Under the pieces are notes generated by a model. The model worked only from the letters and a program-made list of their open reading frames with translations. It searched no databases and had not been told where the DNA came from. This document shows, one piece after another, positions 10,022 to 19,220 of a DNA stretch of 64,000 bases (positions within the stretch are counted from its first letter, which is position 1; every line of letters begins with the position of its first letter). Location: the NCBI GenBank assembly GCA_913046795.1, contig CAJWTC010000001.1, forward strand, positions 12,011 to 76,010, read 5' to 3'. This DNA is from an uncultured Flammeovirgaceae bacterium. GTDB taxonomy: Bacteria; Bacteroidota; Bacteroidia; Cytophagales; MED-G16. Made by a program: the position numbers and the translations under genes.

Positions 10022-10373
10022 AGGTTCATCTATCTCGCTTAATGACATTAAATTCCACTCTAAAATTGGCCTTTATGATTTTGAGAAGGAGGAGGGTAAC
10101 GATTTCATAGTAAACATATCTGTTCAGGTAGATGATCTCAAATATGATGACAAAATTTCAAGTACTGTCGATTACGGAAATATTTTTGATATAATAAATG
10201 CCGAGATGGGGAAGGAGTGTAACCTTATTGAAACTGTTGCTCACAAGATTTCTTCAAGAATTCATTCAGAAATCAAATCTATAAATAATTGTAAATTAGA
10301 GATAATTAAAGTTAAACCGTCAATAGAGGGAGAGGTTGGAAGTTCTAGCTTCGTCCTCGAGACCAATAAGTAA
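10011..10373 (+). CDS. folB: dihydroneopterin aldolase
   Basis: About 120 aa. FolB-like pattern (KIKGSSISLNDIKFHSKIGLYDFEKEEGNDF...VDYGNIF). I prefer the ATG at 10011, which overlaps the upstream gene end by 11 nt. The ORF track starts at TTG 9999. Confidence 0.8.
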   Translation: MKIKGSSISLNDIKFHSKIGLYDFEKEEGNDFIVNISVQVDDLKYDDKISSTVDYGNIFDIINAEMGKECNLIETVAHKISSRIHSEIKSINNCKLEIIKVKPSIEGEVGSSSFVLETNK

Positions 10374-10374
10374 T

Positions 10375-10770
10375 ATGAGTAAAGAAAATTCACTTAAAGA
10401 TTATATTTCAAAGGCTAAGATTATTATTGAGGATGATAAAAAGCTAAAGAAATTAATTGAGGATGTCTTAGAGAAATTAAAAGAGTTATCTAACGATAAA
10501 AAGTCTACAGAAAAATTAAATGAATCCCTCAGGCTCTTTATAAGGATGGTTAATGCCTACACATCTAAAGAATACACATACGTTCCTTGGAAGACAATTT
10601 GTCTACTTGTTGCCGGTCTAATCTATTTTATTTATCCCATAGACTTAATCCCTGACTTCATACCTATTGCCGGTATAATAGATGATATTGCTCTGATTGC
10701 ATGGATATATGACTCAATCAGAGAGGATATTGACAACTTTCTGGAGTGGGAGAAAACAAAATTAAAATGA
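10375..10770 (+). CDS. DUF1232 (YkvA-like) membrane protein
   Basis: Signature IDLIPDFIPIAGIIDDIALIAW. The ATG at 10375 lies 1 nt after the folB stop. The track's TTG at 10336 is unlikely. Confidence 0.75.
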   Translation: MSKENSLKDYISKAKIIIEDDKKLKKLIEDVLEKLKELSNDKKSTEKLNESLRLFIRMVNAYTSKEYTYVPWKTICLLVAGLIYFIYPIDLIPDFIPIAGIIDDIALIAWIYDSIREDIDNFLEWEKTKLK

Positions 10771-11219
10771 GAGTTGTTGTCCAGAGGGTAAGTCAGTCAA
10801 ACGTAAAGGTATCAGGAGAGGTAATTGGTGAAATTAAGGATGGCCTCATGGTTCTTGTAAGTTTTGTTGATGAAGATAATGATACTGATCTTGACTGGAT
10901 GACAAAAAAAATTATTAATCTCAGGATATTTAACGATGATGAGGGGAAGATGAATAGAAGTGTCCAGGACGTAGCTGGAGATATTCTTCTTGTCAGTCAG
11001 TTCACTTTGCACGGGTCAACTAAGAAAGGCAATCGACCTTCTTTCATTAAGGCAGCAAAACCAGATTTTGCAAACGTTATGTATGAGAGATTTATTAAAG
11101 TATTAGAGCAGACTCTGGGTAAGGAAATTCAGACCGGTGAGTTTGGTGGCGACATGAAAGTTAGTCTTATCAACGATGGACCAACAACTATAATAATTGA
11201 CTCAAAGGACAAAGAGTAA
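10767..11219 (+). CDS. dtd: D-aminoacyl-tRNA deacylase
   Basis: 150 aa with MRVVVQRV start, SQFTLHG, GNRPSF and NDGPTT motifs. Its ATG overlaps the upstream TGA (ATGA at 10767-10770). Confidence 0.93.
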   Translation: MRVVVQRVSQSNVKVSGEVIGEIKDGLMVLVSFVDEDNDTDLDWMTKKIINLRIFNDDEGKMNRSVQDVAGDILLVSQFTLHGSTKKGNRPSFIKAAKPDFANVMYERFIKVLEQTLGKEIQTGEFGGDMKVSLINDGPTTIIIDSKDKE

Positions 11220-11220
11220 A

Positions 11221-12417
11221 TTATTCTTCTGGGATAAATGTATAATTAAAAACTTTTTCAAAACTTCCGTCATCGCTTTTCCATCTTAAAGTACCTTCAT
11301 CAATAATTTCAATAGTATAAGAGCCTGCATCATATGTATTTCCTTCACTTAAACATTCTAAAGTAAATCCAACTGTATTTTCATTCTTTATTTCACCACT
11401 AGAAAACTCACAGTTCTGGCTATCATATCTCCAGGAAGTATAAGAATAAATACCATTTATATCATCAGAGATATTCAGTATAATTTCAATAATATCTACA
11501 TAATCATTTTTATTTTGAGCTCCGGCAGCAGCTTGTTCATCAATCTCTTTTAAGAACACTTTGTATTGACCTCTCTTAAATTTTGTTTCTGCATAAATAT
11601 CTATCTTATCGACGCATTCCCCACAAGTATTTTTTTCATACTTACAGACTACTTTCTTTTTCCAGTCGCTAATTACCCACTCTCTGTAATTATCAAGTTT
11701 CTGGAATACTAACTCATAATATATACTTTTCACTAACTCATCTTTTGAACCAAAAAATATTTTGTTTACAGTCTTATCGCCTTCTTTAAATTCATCTAGA
11801 GACTTAAATAAATCATGTTCTTGAATTATAGAGTACCCTACCAGGTTCGATTGACCGTACCAAAACGGTCTAGGTAAGTTGAACCAAGGTTCACGCTCTC
11901 TATGTGATTTACCACCTCTGAAATATCTTTCTCCTGACGTTTTCCCATCGATAGTATCAATAGCATTGAATCCATATAGCTTAAATTTTTCTATTAAATT
12001 TAGTGAGAAAGTATTGAATTTTAATTCACTTGGTATAATGCCAAGGTTTATAAAAACTTGTTTGGCTAGAACAGAGGTAAATTGCAAATTTTCGAAACCA
12101 TTTCCCTTTAACCTTTTTATTAATCCTATTAATTCGATATTAATCTTATCAAATTCATCATAGTATTTTGGCAGGTAGCATTCGCAAAAGTCATCTACTG
12201 CTTTTCTTAATTCAGTGACATCATCTTCAACATCGTAACCATAAATTGAATACAGCTCCTCATAGTCAATGGGAATTCTATCAACTGAAGGTATATAACT
12301 ACAGGTATATTTATTTTCCTCAAATAATTCCATCAGATCATCTATAGATGGTACTCTCTGTGAAAAAACATTAATAGATAATGATGTCAGACTGATAAAT
12401 AAAATGAGTCTTTTCAT
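11221..12417 (-). CDS. hypothetical secreted protein (no recognisable domain)
   Basis: 398 aa. Signal peptide MKRLILFISLTSLSINVFSQ and several Cys pairs (CEC, CGEC). The start lies 1 nt downstream of the antiporter stop. Confidence 0.6.
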   Translation of the reverse strand: MKRLILFISLTSLSINVFSQRVPSIDDLMELFEENKYTCSYIPSVDRIPIDYEELYSIYGYDVEDDVTELRKAVDDFCECYLPKYYDEFDKINIELIGLIKRLKGNGFENLQFTSVLAKQVFINLGIIPSELKFNTFSLNLIEKFKLYGFNAIDTIDGKTSGERYFRGGKSHREREPWFNLPRPFWYGQSNLVGYSIIQEHDLFKSLDEFKEGDKTVNKIFFGSKDELVKSIYYELVFQKLDNYREWVISDWKKKVVCKYEKNTCGECVDKIDIYAETKFKRGQYKVFLKEIDEQAAAGAQNKNDYVDIIEIILNISDDINGIYSYTSWRYDSQNCEFSSGEIKNENTVGFTLECLSEGNTYDAGSYTIEIIDEGTLRWKSDDGSFEKVFNYTFIPEE

Positions 12418-12418
12418 T

Positions 12419-13735
12419 TTACTTTTTCTTTACAATCTTTTCCATAGTCAGCCCCTGCACTAATATTGTAAATAGAACAACAGCGTATGTTAGAATTAGT
12501 ATAAGAGATTTAACGTCTCCCATGTCATCTGGTAAGTTAAGAGCAAGAGCTATACTAAGTCCTCCTCTCAAGCCACCCCAAGTTATAATTTTAGCAGTAT
12601 TTTCTTCAAAGTCCCTGAACCTAGATAGGAAAATAATAGGAATAGATACACCAATGTACCTTGAAAGAACAACTAAAAATATTGTGATTATTGATAATGC
12701 TAGGTAGACTAAATTAAAGCTATCAAAAATTAATATTATCTCGAGACCTATCAGAATGAAGAGTATTGCGTTTAGAGTCTCGTCGAGAAGGTGCCAGAAT
12801 TTATACACATAGTCTCCCATCGCAAGTTCACCCTCACCGTTCCCGTCTTTTTCCTTGATATGTTTATTCAGATATAAGCCTAAAATCACAACACCTAGAG
12901 GTCCAGATAGATGATACCTTGTAGCTATCACTGAGACAAATAAAACCAGAGCTAGTGTTATGAGAACTTCCAACTCTACGTGCTCATTTTCAATGTATCT
13001 TACCAGTTTAAGACCAAAGTAACCTACTATTGCCCCTAGCCCAATTCCACCTATAACTTCAGTAAAGAATAAAACTCCGACTGAGTCAAGTGTAACTTCA
13101 GCACCTGTTGTTTTTGCGCCTAGTAGGGTTAGGAAGACAACAACTCCGATGCCGTCATTAAACAGAGATTCACCTGCAATCCTTGTCTCTGTTACAAGGG
13201 ATAATTTCATCCTTTTAATTATTGATAGGACTGCTATGGGGTCAGTAGGTGCAATTAGTGAGCCAAAGAGTAAACAGTCAATATAAGTTATCCCTAGAGA
13301 TCCCAATCCAAAAACTGGAGCATTTAATATATAGAAGGTGAGATTACCCACCACGTAAGTTGAAAACAATACTCCAAAAGATGCAAGGAGTATTATTGTG
13401 AGTTTATCTCTTCTTAAGATATGGACATTGATAGACATGGCACCAGCAAATAAAAGAAATGGCAGCATGACATTCATGAGCATAAAGTTAAAGTCAAAGC
13501 TTTCGGTGATCGTGTAAGCTATATCAAGAAATGTTGGAAAGAAAAAACCAAAAATTAGAATAACAATAGACAATGCTATTGCTAATATCATCAACCCAAT
13601 TGTCATCGGAAGCTTGAGGAATCTTAAGTTTACTATTGAAAAGAAGGATGCTAAGATGAGTAAGATTGTAGTCAGCTCAAGTATATCGAGCCTTTTATTT
13701 TCTATTAAATTATATCCTTGATTTAGTTCTTCCAC
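12419..13735 (-). CDS. cation:proton antiporter (CPA1, NhaP-type Na+/H+ exchanger)
   Basis: 438 aa and polytopic. Motifs GSLIAPTDPIAV and GESLFNDGIGVV are typical of the Na_H_Exchanger family. GTG start. Confidence 0.88.
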   Translation of the reverse strand: MEELNQGYNLIENKRLDILELTTILLILASFFSIVNLRFLKLPMTIGLMILAIALSIVILIFGFFFPTFLDIAYTITESFDFNFMLMNVMLPFLLFAGAMSINVHILRRDKLTIILLASFGVLFSTYVVGNLTFYILNAPVFGLGSLGITYIDCLLFGSLIAPTDPIAVLSIIKRMKLSLVTETRIAGESLFNDGIGVVVFLTLLGAKTTGAEVTLDSVGVLFFTEVIGGIGLGAIVGYFGLKLVRYIENEHVELEVLITLALVLFVSVIATRYHLSGPLGVVILGLYLNKHIKEKDGNGEGELAMGDYVYKFWHLLDETLNAILFILIGLEIILIFDSFNLVYLALSIITIFLVVLSRYIGVSIPIIFLSRFRDFEENTAKIITWGGLRGGLSIALALNLPDDMGDVKSLILILTYAVVLFTILVQGLTMEKIVKKK

Positions 13736-13786
13736 AAAAAAATTAATCTTACTAAAGAATATGTGAAAATAACTATAAATTTAAAC

Positions 13787-14113
13787 ATGACTATTGAAGA
13801 AGCACAAAAAATTGTTGATGACTGGATAAAAGAAAAAGGAGTTCGTTATTTTGACGAGTTAACTAACACAACTATCCTCATGGAGGAGGTAGGCGAACTA
13901 GCTAGGATAGTTTCGAGAAAGTATGGAGAGCAGTCATATAAAGAAGGGGAGAAAGACCTTGATATGGCTGATGAAATTGCTGATGTGATGTGGGTACTTA
14001 TATGTATTGCTAACCAGACAGGAGTTGATCTAACTGACGCTTTGAAGAAAAATATAGATAAAAAAAATTCTAGGGATTCAAGAAGACACCTAGACAATAA
14101 GAAGTTAAGATAA
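13787..14113 (+). CDS. MazG-like nucleotide pyrophosphohydrolase (single domain)
   Basis: About 108 aa. EEVGELARIV and ADEIADVMWVLICIANQTGVDL form the EExxE/DxxxD MazG helices. I prefer ATG 13787; the ORF track starts at GTG 13763. Confidence 0.8.
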   Translation: MTIEEAQKIVDDWIKEKGVRYFDELTNTTILMEEVGELARIVSRKYGEQSYKEGEKDLDMADEIADVMWVLICIANQTGVDLTDALKKNIDKKNSRDSRRHLDNKKLR

Positions 14114-14803
14114 AAAAATATCTCTTTCTCTCAATATTGGTAATACAGGTTGTGTGTTAACCCTCGAGCAAAATTCTATATCGATTTTATTATCGTATCC
14201 TGATAACCTTTTCGCGTGTGATGATAGCTTCATTGTTTCCAATAAATTATTTGTGTTATCATAAAGAGCTTTAGCCATTAGTGCAGTATCAGATTCGATT
14301 TCAAAGTTATCTAGACCACTAATTATTCCACCAGCACATAGCGTATCCTCTAGATTTGTTTTTCCAAGCCAACCTGAACAGAGAAGGATGACATCCGATT
14401 CAGATTTGTTAATAAAATCAATAACCGATTCTAGATTTAGAAATGAACATAGTATTGTCTTCTCTGACCCCTCTGATTTAATTATCGCCTTTGATCCGTT
14501 ACTTGTAGCGATTGCTACTTTCTTCCCCCTGATGTCTTTTTCTTTTAATTTTGTTGGAGAGTTTCCGTAGTCAAAACCATCAACTTTTTTACCTAGTCTC
14601 TCAGCCATTATGATGTAATCATCACCTTTTAAGCTTTTGCATTCCTCTAATGAACCAATAGGTCTTACATGATCAGCACCTAAGAATAGTAATGTGTTGA
14701 TTGTACTTGTTGCTCTAAGCACATCTATAACGACTACTATTTTTCCTTCGTGATCATAATTATCAAAATCTTGGTGAGTAAGGCATACATCTACACTTCT
14801 CAT
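14105..14803 (-). CDS. 2-phosphosulfolactate phosphatase (ComB) family protein
   Basis: 232 aa with ComB-family signature VIDVLRATSTI. The start overlaps the gcvT stop (ATGA). Confidence 0.75.
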   Translation of the reverse strand: MRSVDVCLTHQDFDNYDHEGKIVVVIDVLRATSTINTLLFLGADHVRPIGSLEECKSLKGDDYIIMAERLGKKVDGFDYGNSPTKLKEKDIRGKKVAIATSNGSKAIIKSEGSEKTILCSFLNLESVIDFINKSESDVILLCSGWLGKTNLEDTLCAGGIISGLDNFEIESDTALMAKALYDNTNNLLETMKLSSHAKRLSGYDNKIDIEFCSRVNTQPVLPILRERDIFLS

Positions 14804-15882
14804 ATAAATGGTCTTTTGGTAATTATGGCCTCAATTTTTTTTCCCCTTACCTCAATAAATATTGATTTTGATTCTTTATTTTCATTAAAATCAATATACC
14901 CCATTCCAATAGCTTTCTTAGTAAATGGAGAAATTGAGCCACTGGTGACTTCACCAATTATTAACCCTTCTGAATTTAAAATTTTATATCCCTTTCTGGG
15001 AATTCCTTTATCTTTTAAGATAAATCCAATTAATATTTTACTTGGTTTATTCTCTCTGTCTCTACTAACAATATCACTTCCAATAAATTCGATGTCTTTC
15101 TTACAAATCCATCCGAGACCTGCCTCAATTGGGTTAATAGAATCATCGATGTCGTTGCCGTGAAGACAGAAACCCATCTCTAGCCTGAGAGTATCTCTTG
15201 CACCAAGTCCTATTGGTTGGATCTCATACTCCTTTCCCTTGGAAATTATATCTTTCCAAATTGATTCAGCGTACTCATTTTTAACATATAGTTCAAAACC
15301 CCCAGCACCAGTGTATCCTGTAGCCGATATAATTACGTGACCGTATTTTTTTGTTTCTTTTTCTATGAAGTTATAGTATTTAATTTCAGATAGGTTTTTC
15401 TCAAATAATTTATTACATACTTTTTCAGCATTAGGTCCCTGAACAGCAAAAAGAGAAACATTTTCAGAGTGATTCTTTATATCTACAGCAGAATCATTAT
15501 TCTCATTTAACCACAGAAAGTCTTTTCCCATATTTGAGGCATTTACAACTAGCATATATTTATTATTGCCCATGTCATAAATTAATAAGTCATCGATAAT
15601 TCCTCCGGATCTATTTAATATAGAAGAATACTGCACCTTGCCCTTTTCTAGCTTATTGATATCATTTGTAGTCACCTTTTGGAGGAAGCTTTTAGAATTT
15701 TCACCTGATACATAGAACTCTCCCATGTGTGATACATCAAAAATACCTACATTATTTCTCACACAATTATGCTCATCTGCAATCGACGTATACCACATAG
15801 GCATATTATATCCAGCAAATGGAACCATTTTGGCATTATTATCAGTATGAAATTTTTCGTTTTGTAGACTCTTTGTGTTCAT
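14800..15882 (-). CDS. gcvT: glycine cleavage system aminomethyltransferase T
   Basis: 360 aa with FAGYNMPMWY, FDVSHMGEF and LGARDTLRLE motifs. Confidence 0.95.
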   Translation of the reverse strand: MNTKSLQNEKFHTDNNAKMVPFAGYNMPMWYTSIADEHNCVRNNVGIFDVSHMGEFYVSGENSKSFLQKVTTNDINKLEKGKVQYSSILNRSGGIIDDLLIYDMGNNKYMLVVNASNMGKDFLWLNENNDSAVDIKNHSENVSLFAVQGPNAEKVCNKLFEKNLSEIKYYNFIEKETKKYGHVIISATGYTGAGGFELYVKNEYAESIWKDIISKGKEYEIQPIGLGARDTLRLEMGFCLHGNDIDDSINPIEAGLGWICKKDIEFIGSDIVSRDRENKPSKILIGFILKDKGIPRKGYKILNSEGLIIGEVTSGSISPFTKKAIGMGYIDFNENKESKSIFIEVRGKKIEAIITKRPFI

Positions 15883-15886
15883 GCCT

Positions 15887-15894
15887 CAAAGATA
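15887..15894 (-). promoter_or_regulatory. -7 promoter box TAnnTTTG (TATCTTTG on minus strand) immediately upstream of the gcvT ATG
   Basis: Plus-strand CAAAGATA at 15887-15894. Only 4 nt separate the box from the ATG at 15882, suggesting a leaderless or near-leaderless mRNA. Confidence 0.35.
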
Positions 15895-15910
15895 AGTTTT
15901 AAAGATTAAT

Positions 15911-16486
15911 TTATAGAAGTTTGAATGATTTCCTATGTAAGTCTGTTACACCATATTTTTTAATTCCATCTCTATGAGACTTTGTTGGGTACCCAAAGTT
16001 TTTATCCCAATCGTATTGAGTGTATTTTAATGAAAATTTTTTCATCAGCTCATCTCTATAGTTTTTTGCAAGTATAGATGCTGCAGCGATACTTAAGTAT
16101 TTGGAGTCTCCTTTTATTATACACTCATGATCTATATTCTCATATTTCCTGAATCTGTTACCATCAACAATTATAAACTCTGGTCTAACTTCTAGTTTAT
16201 GTAAGGCAAGATGCATAGCTGAGAATGATGCATTTAAAATATTTTCTTCATCGATTTGAACTACTCCTATTTCTCCAATTGACCATGATATGGCATGTTT
16301 TTTTATTTCTTTCTCAATTTCTATTCTTTTTTTAGGGCTAATTGTTTTCGAATCTTTTATTGATTCGTTAGAGTAGTCGTGTGGGAAGATAACTGAAGCA
16401 GCAACTACCGGTCCGGCAATGCATCCTCTCCCAACCTCGTCACAACCTACCTCAAGAACTTTACTCTGATAACATGATTTTAACAC
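15911..16486 (-). CDS. rnhB: ribonuclease HII
   Basis: 191 aa with GCDEVGRG catalytic motif, DSKxL and ASILAK. GTG start. Confidence 0.93.
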   Translation of the reverse strand: MLKSCYQSKVLEVGCDEVGRGCIAGPVVAASVIFPHDYSNESIKDSKTISPKKRIEIEKEIKKHAISWSIGEIGVVQIDEENILNASFSAMHLALHKLEVRPEFIIVDGNRFRKYENIDHECIIKGDSKYLSIAAASILAKNYRDELMKKFSLKYTQYDWDKNFGYPTKSHRDGIKKYGVTDLHRKSFKLL

Positions 16487-16567
16487 TTTTTAAGAATTTT
16501 ATTTTACTAATAAAACAATTTTTTTAGAACTATGTCGTCTAAAGAGTATAGAGTTTAAATCTATCTT

Positions 16568-17035
16568 ATGAAAAAAATACTTATTGCACTGGTCCTATTA
16601 ATCTCAACGAATGTGGCAAACCATGTTCACGCTCAGGGTAGATCTGACTTAAGGCAGGGAATGGGTGAGGTTAGAAAAAATAATATAGAAAGTCAGAGTC
16701 CCCTAAATGAACTCAGGCTTGATGAGAGTCAGAAACAGAGGCTTAGATCCATCAATAGCATGTTCGATGTCTTAATCTCTGGTCTTAGAAAAGAAGTGAA
16801 AAGGATGAAACTTGAGATAGAGTTAGAAAAATTAAATGATGAGATTGATGTTGAAAAAATTAATAAACTTTTTGACAGAATTGCTCAGACTCAAGCCTCA
16901 ATTTGGAAGGAAACCTTCAAGAAGGAGGAAGAAATTAAATCAATGCTAAATGAGAGACAGCTCATCATGCATGAAAAAATTATAAATAGAAGTTTAAGGA
17001 ATGCTAAGAAGGCAAATCCTAATAACAAAAGATAG
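16568..17035 (+). CDS. periplasmic Spy/CpxP-like (LTxxQ-motif) protein
   Basis: 155 aa with a signal peptide ending HVHAQ. Helical and K/E-rich, with two LxxxQ motifs (LDESQ, LNERQ). Monocistronic and followed by a strong terminator. Confidence 0.5.
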   Translation: MKKILIALVLLISTNVANHVHAQGRSDLRQGMGEVRKNNIESQSPLNELRLDESQKQRLRSINSMFDVLISGLRKEVKRMKLEIELEKLNDEIDVEKINKLFDRIAQTQASIWKETFKKEEEIKSMLNERQLIMHEKIINRSLRNAKKANPNNKR

Positions 17036-17087
17036 TGAATAGAGAACAAGTTTCTTACTAAGTAAAGTTTAACAACAATTCATACAT

Positions 17088-17113
17088 AAAGCCCGAGAGA
17101 TCGGGCTTTTCTT
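17088..17113 (+). terminator. rho-independent terminator
   Basis: AAAGCCCGA-GAGA-TCGGGCTTTTCTTT. A perfect 6-bp GC-rich stem (9 bp with the A/T extension), a 4-nt loop and a T-run. Confidence 0.85.
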
Positions 17114-17127
17114 TATATTTACTCCCG

Positions 17128-18447
17128 ATGAAACTTAAAGATCATTTACATAAAAATTTATCTCTTTCGTTTCCAATCATGATAAGTCAGTTAGGTCACA
17201 TAACTGTCGGAGTTTTTGATAGTTTGATGATCGGAAAAGTTTCAGTATCTCAGTTGGCTGCTGTCTCATTAGCAACATCCATATTTGCTTTTATTCTACT
17301 TTTTTGTATCGGTTTATCATATGGAATAACCCCACTAATATCTTCATCTGAAAGAGGAAAAAAATATGTTTCATCCATATTATATAATGGAATGGTCGTC
17401 AACCTTTTCTCTGCAGTAATTCTAGCTTTAGTTGTTATTTCAACAAAATTTTTACTATCGTATTTAGGTCAAGACAAGGAGGTGCTATTTTATACTTACT
17501 CGTATCTTGATATAATATGTATTTCTCTTATCCCACTAATTCTTTTTCAGACCTTTAAACAATTCATAGAAGGATTAGGGTTTACAAAGCCTTCGATGTA
17601 TATATCGGTTATATCAAATGTCATAAATATTGTTTTGAATGCTGTCCTAATTTTTGGACTATTTGGATTTCCAAGGTTAGAAATTATTGGGGCTGCTTAT
17701 GCTACTTTAATTAGCCGTGTAATCATGTTTTTACTAATTTTAATATACTGCCTAAATGATCGGAGGTTCAGTAAATACATCCTTAAGACAAAATTTCTTA
17801 TTAACCTGAATCATATCAAAGATATTTTTAGAATTGGATTTGCCTCTGGACTCCAATATATTTTTGAAGTAGGTGCTTTTAGTGTAGCCACTGTTATGAC
17901 TGGATCTATTGGTGCAATCCATCTCGCCGCACACCAGATAGCTCTTAACCTAGCAAGTATATCATATATGATTGCATCAGGAATTGGGTCTGCTTCCATG
18001 ATATCTTTAAGTTATTTTCATGGTAAAAGAAATCTTATTGACATGAGAAAATCTGGATTTGCTAGTTTTTTACTGGTTCTTTTTCTAATGGTTACTTCTG
18101 CTCTAGTTTTTATCTTATTGAGGGACTACCTCCCTAAGCTATATGTTGATGATATCAGTGTTGTGAATATTGCATCTTCACTTCTTATAATTGCTGGTTT
18201 ATTTCAGATATCTGACGGGATTCAGGCCGTAGGTCTGGGAATACTTAGAGGCATAAGGGATATTAAAAAACCTACTATTGTAACTTTTGTGTCGTATTGG
18301 ATAATATCAATTCCATTATCCTACCTGCTAGGAATAAAATACGGTTATGGTGTTTATGGGATATGGGTAGGTCTAAGTATTGGATTAACTCTTGCTGCAA
18401 TTTTTCATGTGATAAGATTTAATTACCTTACAACAGTTAAAAATTAA
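17128..18447 (+). CDS. MATE-family efflux transporter
   Basis: 439 aa with 12 predicted TM helices and a typical MATE N-terminus. Confidence 0.88.
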   Translation: MKLKDHLHKNLSLSFPIMISQLGHITVGVFDSLMIGKVSVSQLAAVSLATSIFAFILLFCIGLSYGITPLISSSERGKKYVSSILYNGMVVNLFSAVILALVVISTKFLLSYLGQDKEVLFYTYSYLDIICISLIPLILFQTFKQFIEGLGFTKPSMYISVISNVINIVLNAVLIFGLFGFPRLEIIGAAYATLISRVIMFLLILIYCLNDRRFSKYILKTKFLINLNHIKDIFRIGFASGLQYIFEVGAFSVATVMTGSIGAIHLAAHQIALNLASISYMIASGIGSASMISLSYFHGKRNLIDMRKSGFASFLLVLFLMVTSALVFILLRDYLPKLYVDDISVVNIASSLLIIAGLFQISDGIQAVGLGILRGIRDIKKPTIVTFVSYWIISIPLSYLLGIKYGYGVYGIWVGLSIGLTLAAIFHVIRFNYLTTVKN

Positions 18448-18448
18448 A

Positions 18449-19174
18449 ATGAATCTGTTTACTGTCATTTATTCGGTTTATGGCCTATTAGTCTTCTCAT
18501 CTTTATTTATATTTTTTTCTATACCTCTTCTCCTTGGTATATGGTTTAAGAGATTAAAGAGGATGGCGTATTGGGCACATCATAAAATTGCGAGAATATT
18601 TTTTGCTTTTATTTTCATTCCTCTTAAAGTTAGATATGAAGAAGGCGTTGACTTAAAGAAACAGTACATAATAATTGCAAATCATTTTTCTTACATTGAC
18701 ATACCAGCACTTGCAGCCCTTAATATTCCTTTTAAGTTTATAGGTAAGATGCAAGTAAATGAGATCCCAATTTTAGGATATATTTTTAAGAATTTACATA
18801 TAATGGTAGATAGAGACAGCAAAGATAGCAGGAGACAAACATATATAGATTCTTTCCAATCAATAGATGATGGTTATAGTATCGGCCTTTTTCCAGAGGG
18901 TGGTATTAAAACTGAGAAAGTACCAAAACTAGCACCATTTAAAAACGGTGCATTTGCCATGGCTCTTGAGAAACAAGTTCCAATTCTTCCTGTATCCTTA
19001 ATTGGTGCATATAAAATTATGAAAGGTTCTTTTTTTATTTCTTGGAGTCCGTGTGAAATAATTTGTCATAAGCCAATACCTACTGATGGATATTCTACAA
19101 ATGATATCGAGAAGTTTAAAGATAAATGTTTTAATATCCTCCAGAAAGAGCTTGATAATTCCTATAAAGAATAG
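18449..19174 (+). CDS. 1-acyl-sn-glycerol-3-phosphate acyltransferase family protein
   Basis: 241 aa with an N-terminal TM helix. HxxxxD motif (NHFSYID) and FPEGG motif. Confidence 0.85.
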   Translation: MNLFTVIYSVYGLLVFSSLFIFFSIPLLLGIWFKRLKRMAYWAHHKIARIFFAFIFIPLKVRYEEGVDLKKQYIIIANHFSYIDIPALAALNIPFKFIGKMQVNEIPILGYIFKNLHIMVDRDSKDSRRQTYIDSFQSIDDGYSIGLFPEGGIKTEKVPKLAPFKNGAFAMALEKQVPILPVSLIGAYKIMKGSFFISWSPCEIICHKPIPTDGYSTNDIEKFKDKCFNILQKELDNSYKE

Positions 19175-19220
19175 CTTTTTTTCCTAGTTAATTAATCTAA
19201 AAAAAGTAAATTTATTTATT

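Noticed and set aside
13787-14113. Small MazG-like gene as part of a toxin-antitoxin or anti-phage nucleotide-depletion module
   Set aside because: It is stand-alone, with no MazEF-like or other defence partner. It is wedged between core genes and overlaps the comB 3' end, which fits a housekeeping single-domain MazG.
14750-15163. 137-aa plus-strand ORF across the comB/gcvT junction
   Set aside because: Antisense to gcvT, which has strong family motifs. No start context or promoter box.
15883-15910. Glycine riboswitch upstream of gcvT
   Set aside because: The spacer is only 28 nt, far too short for the riboswitch of about 100 nt or more.
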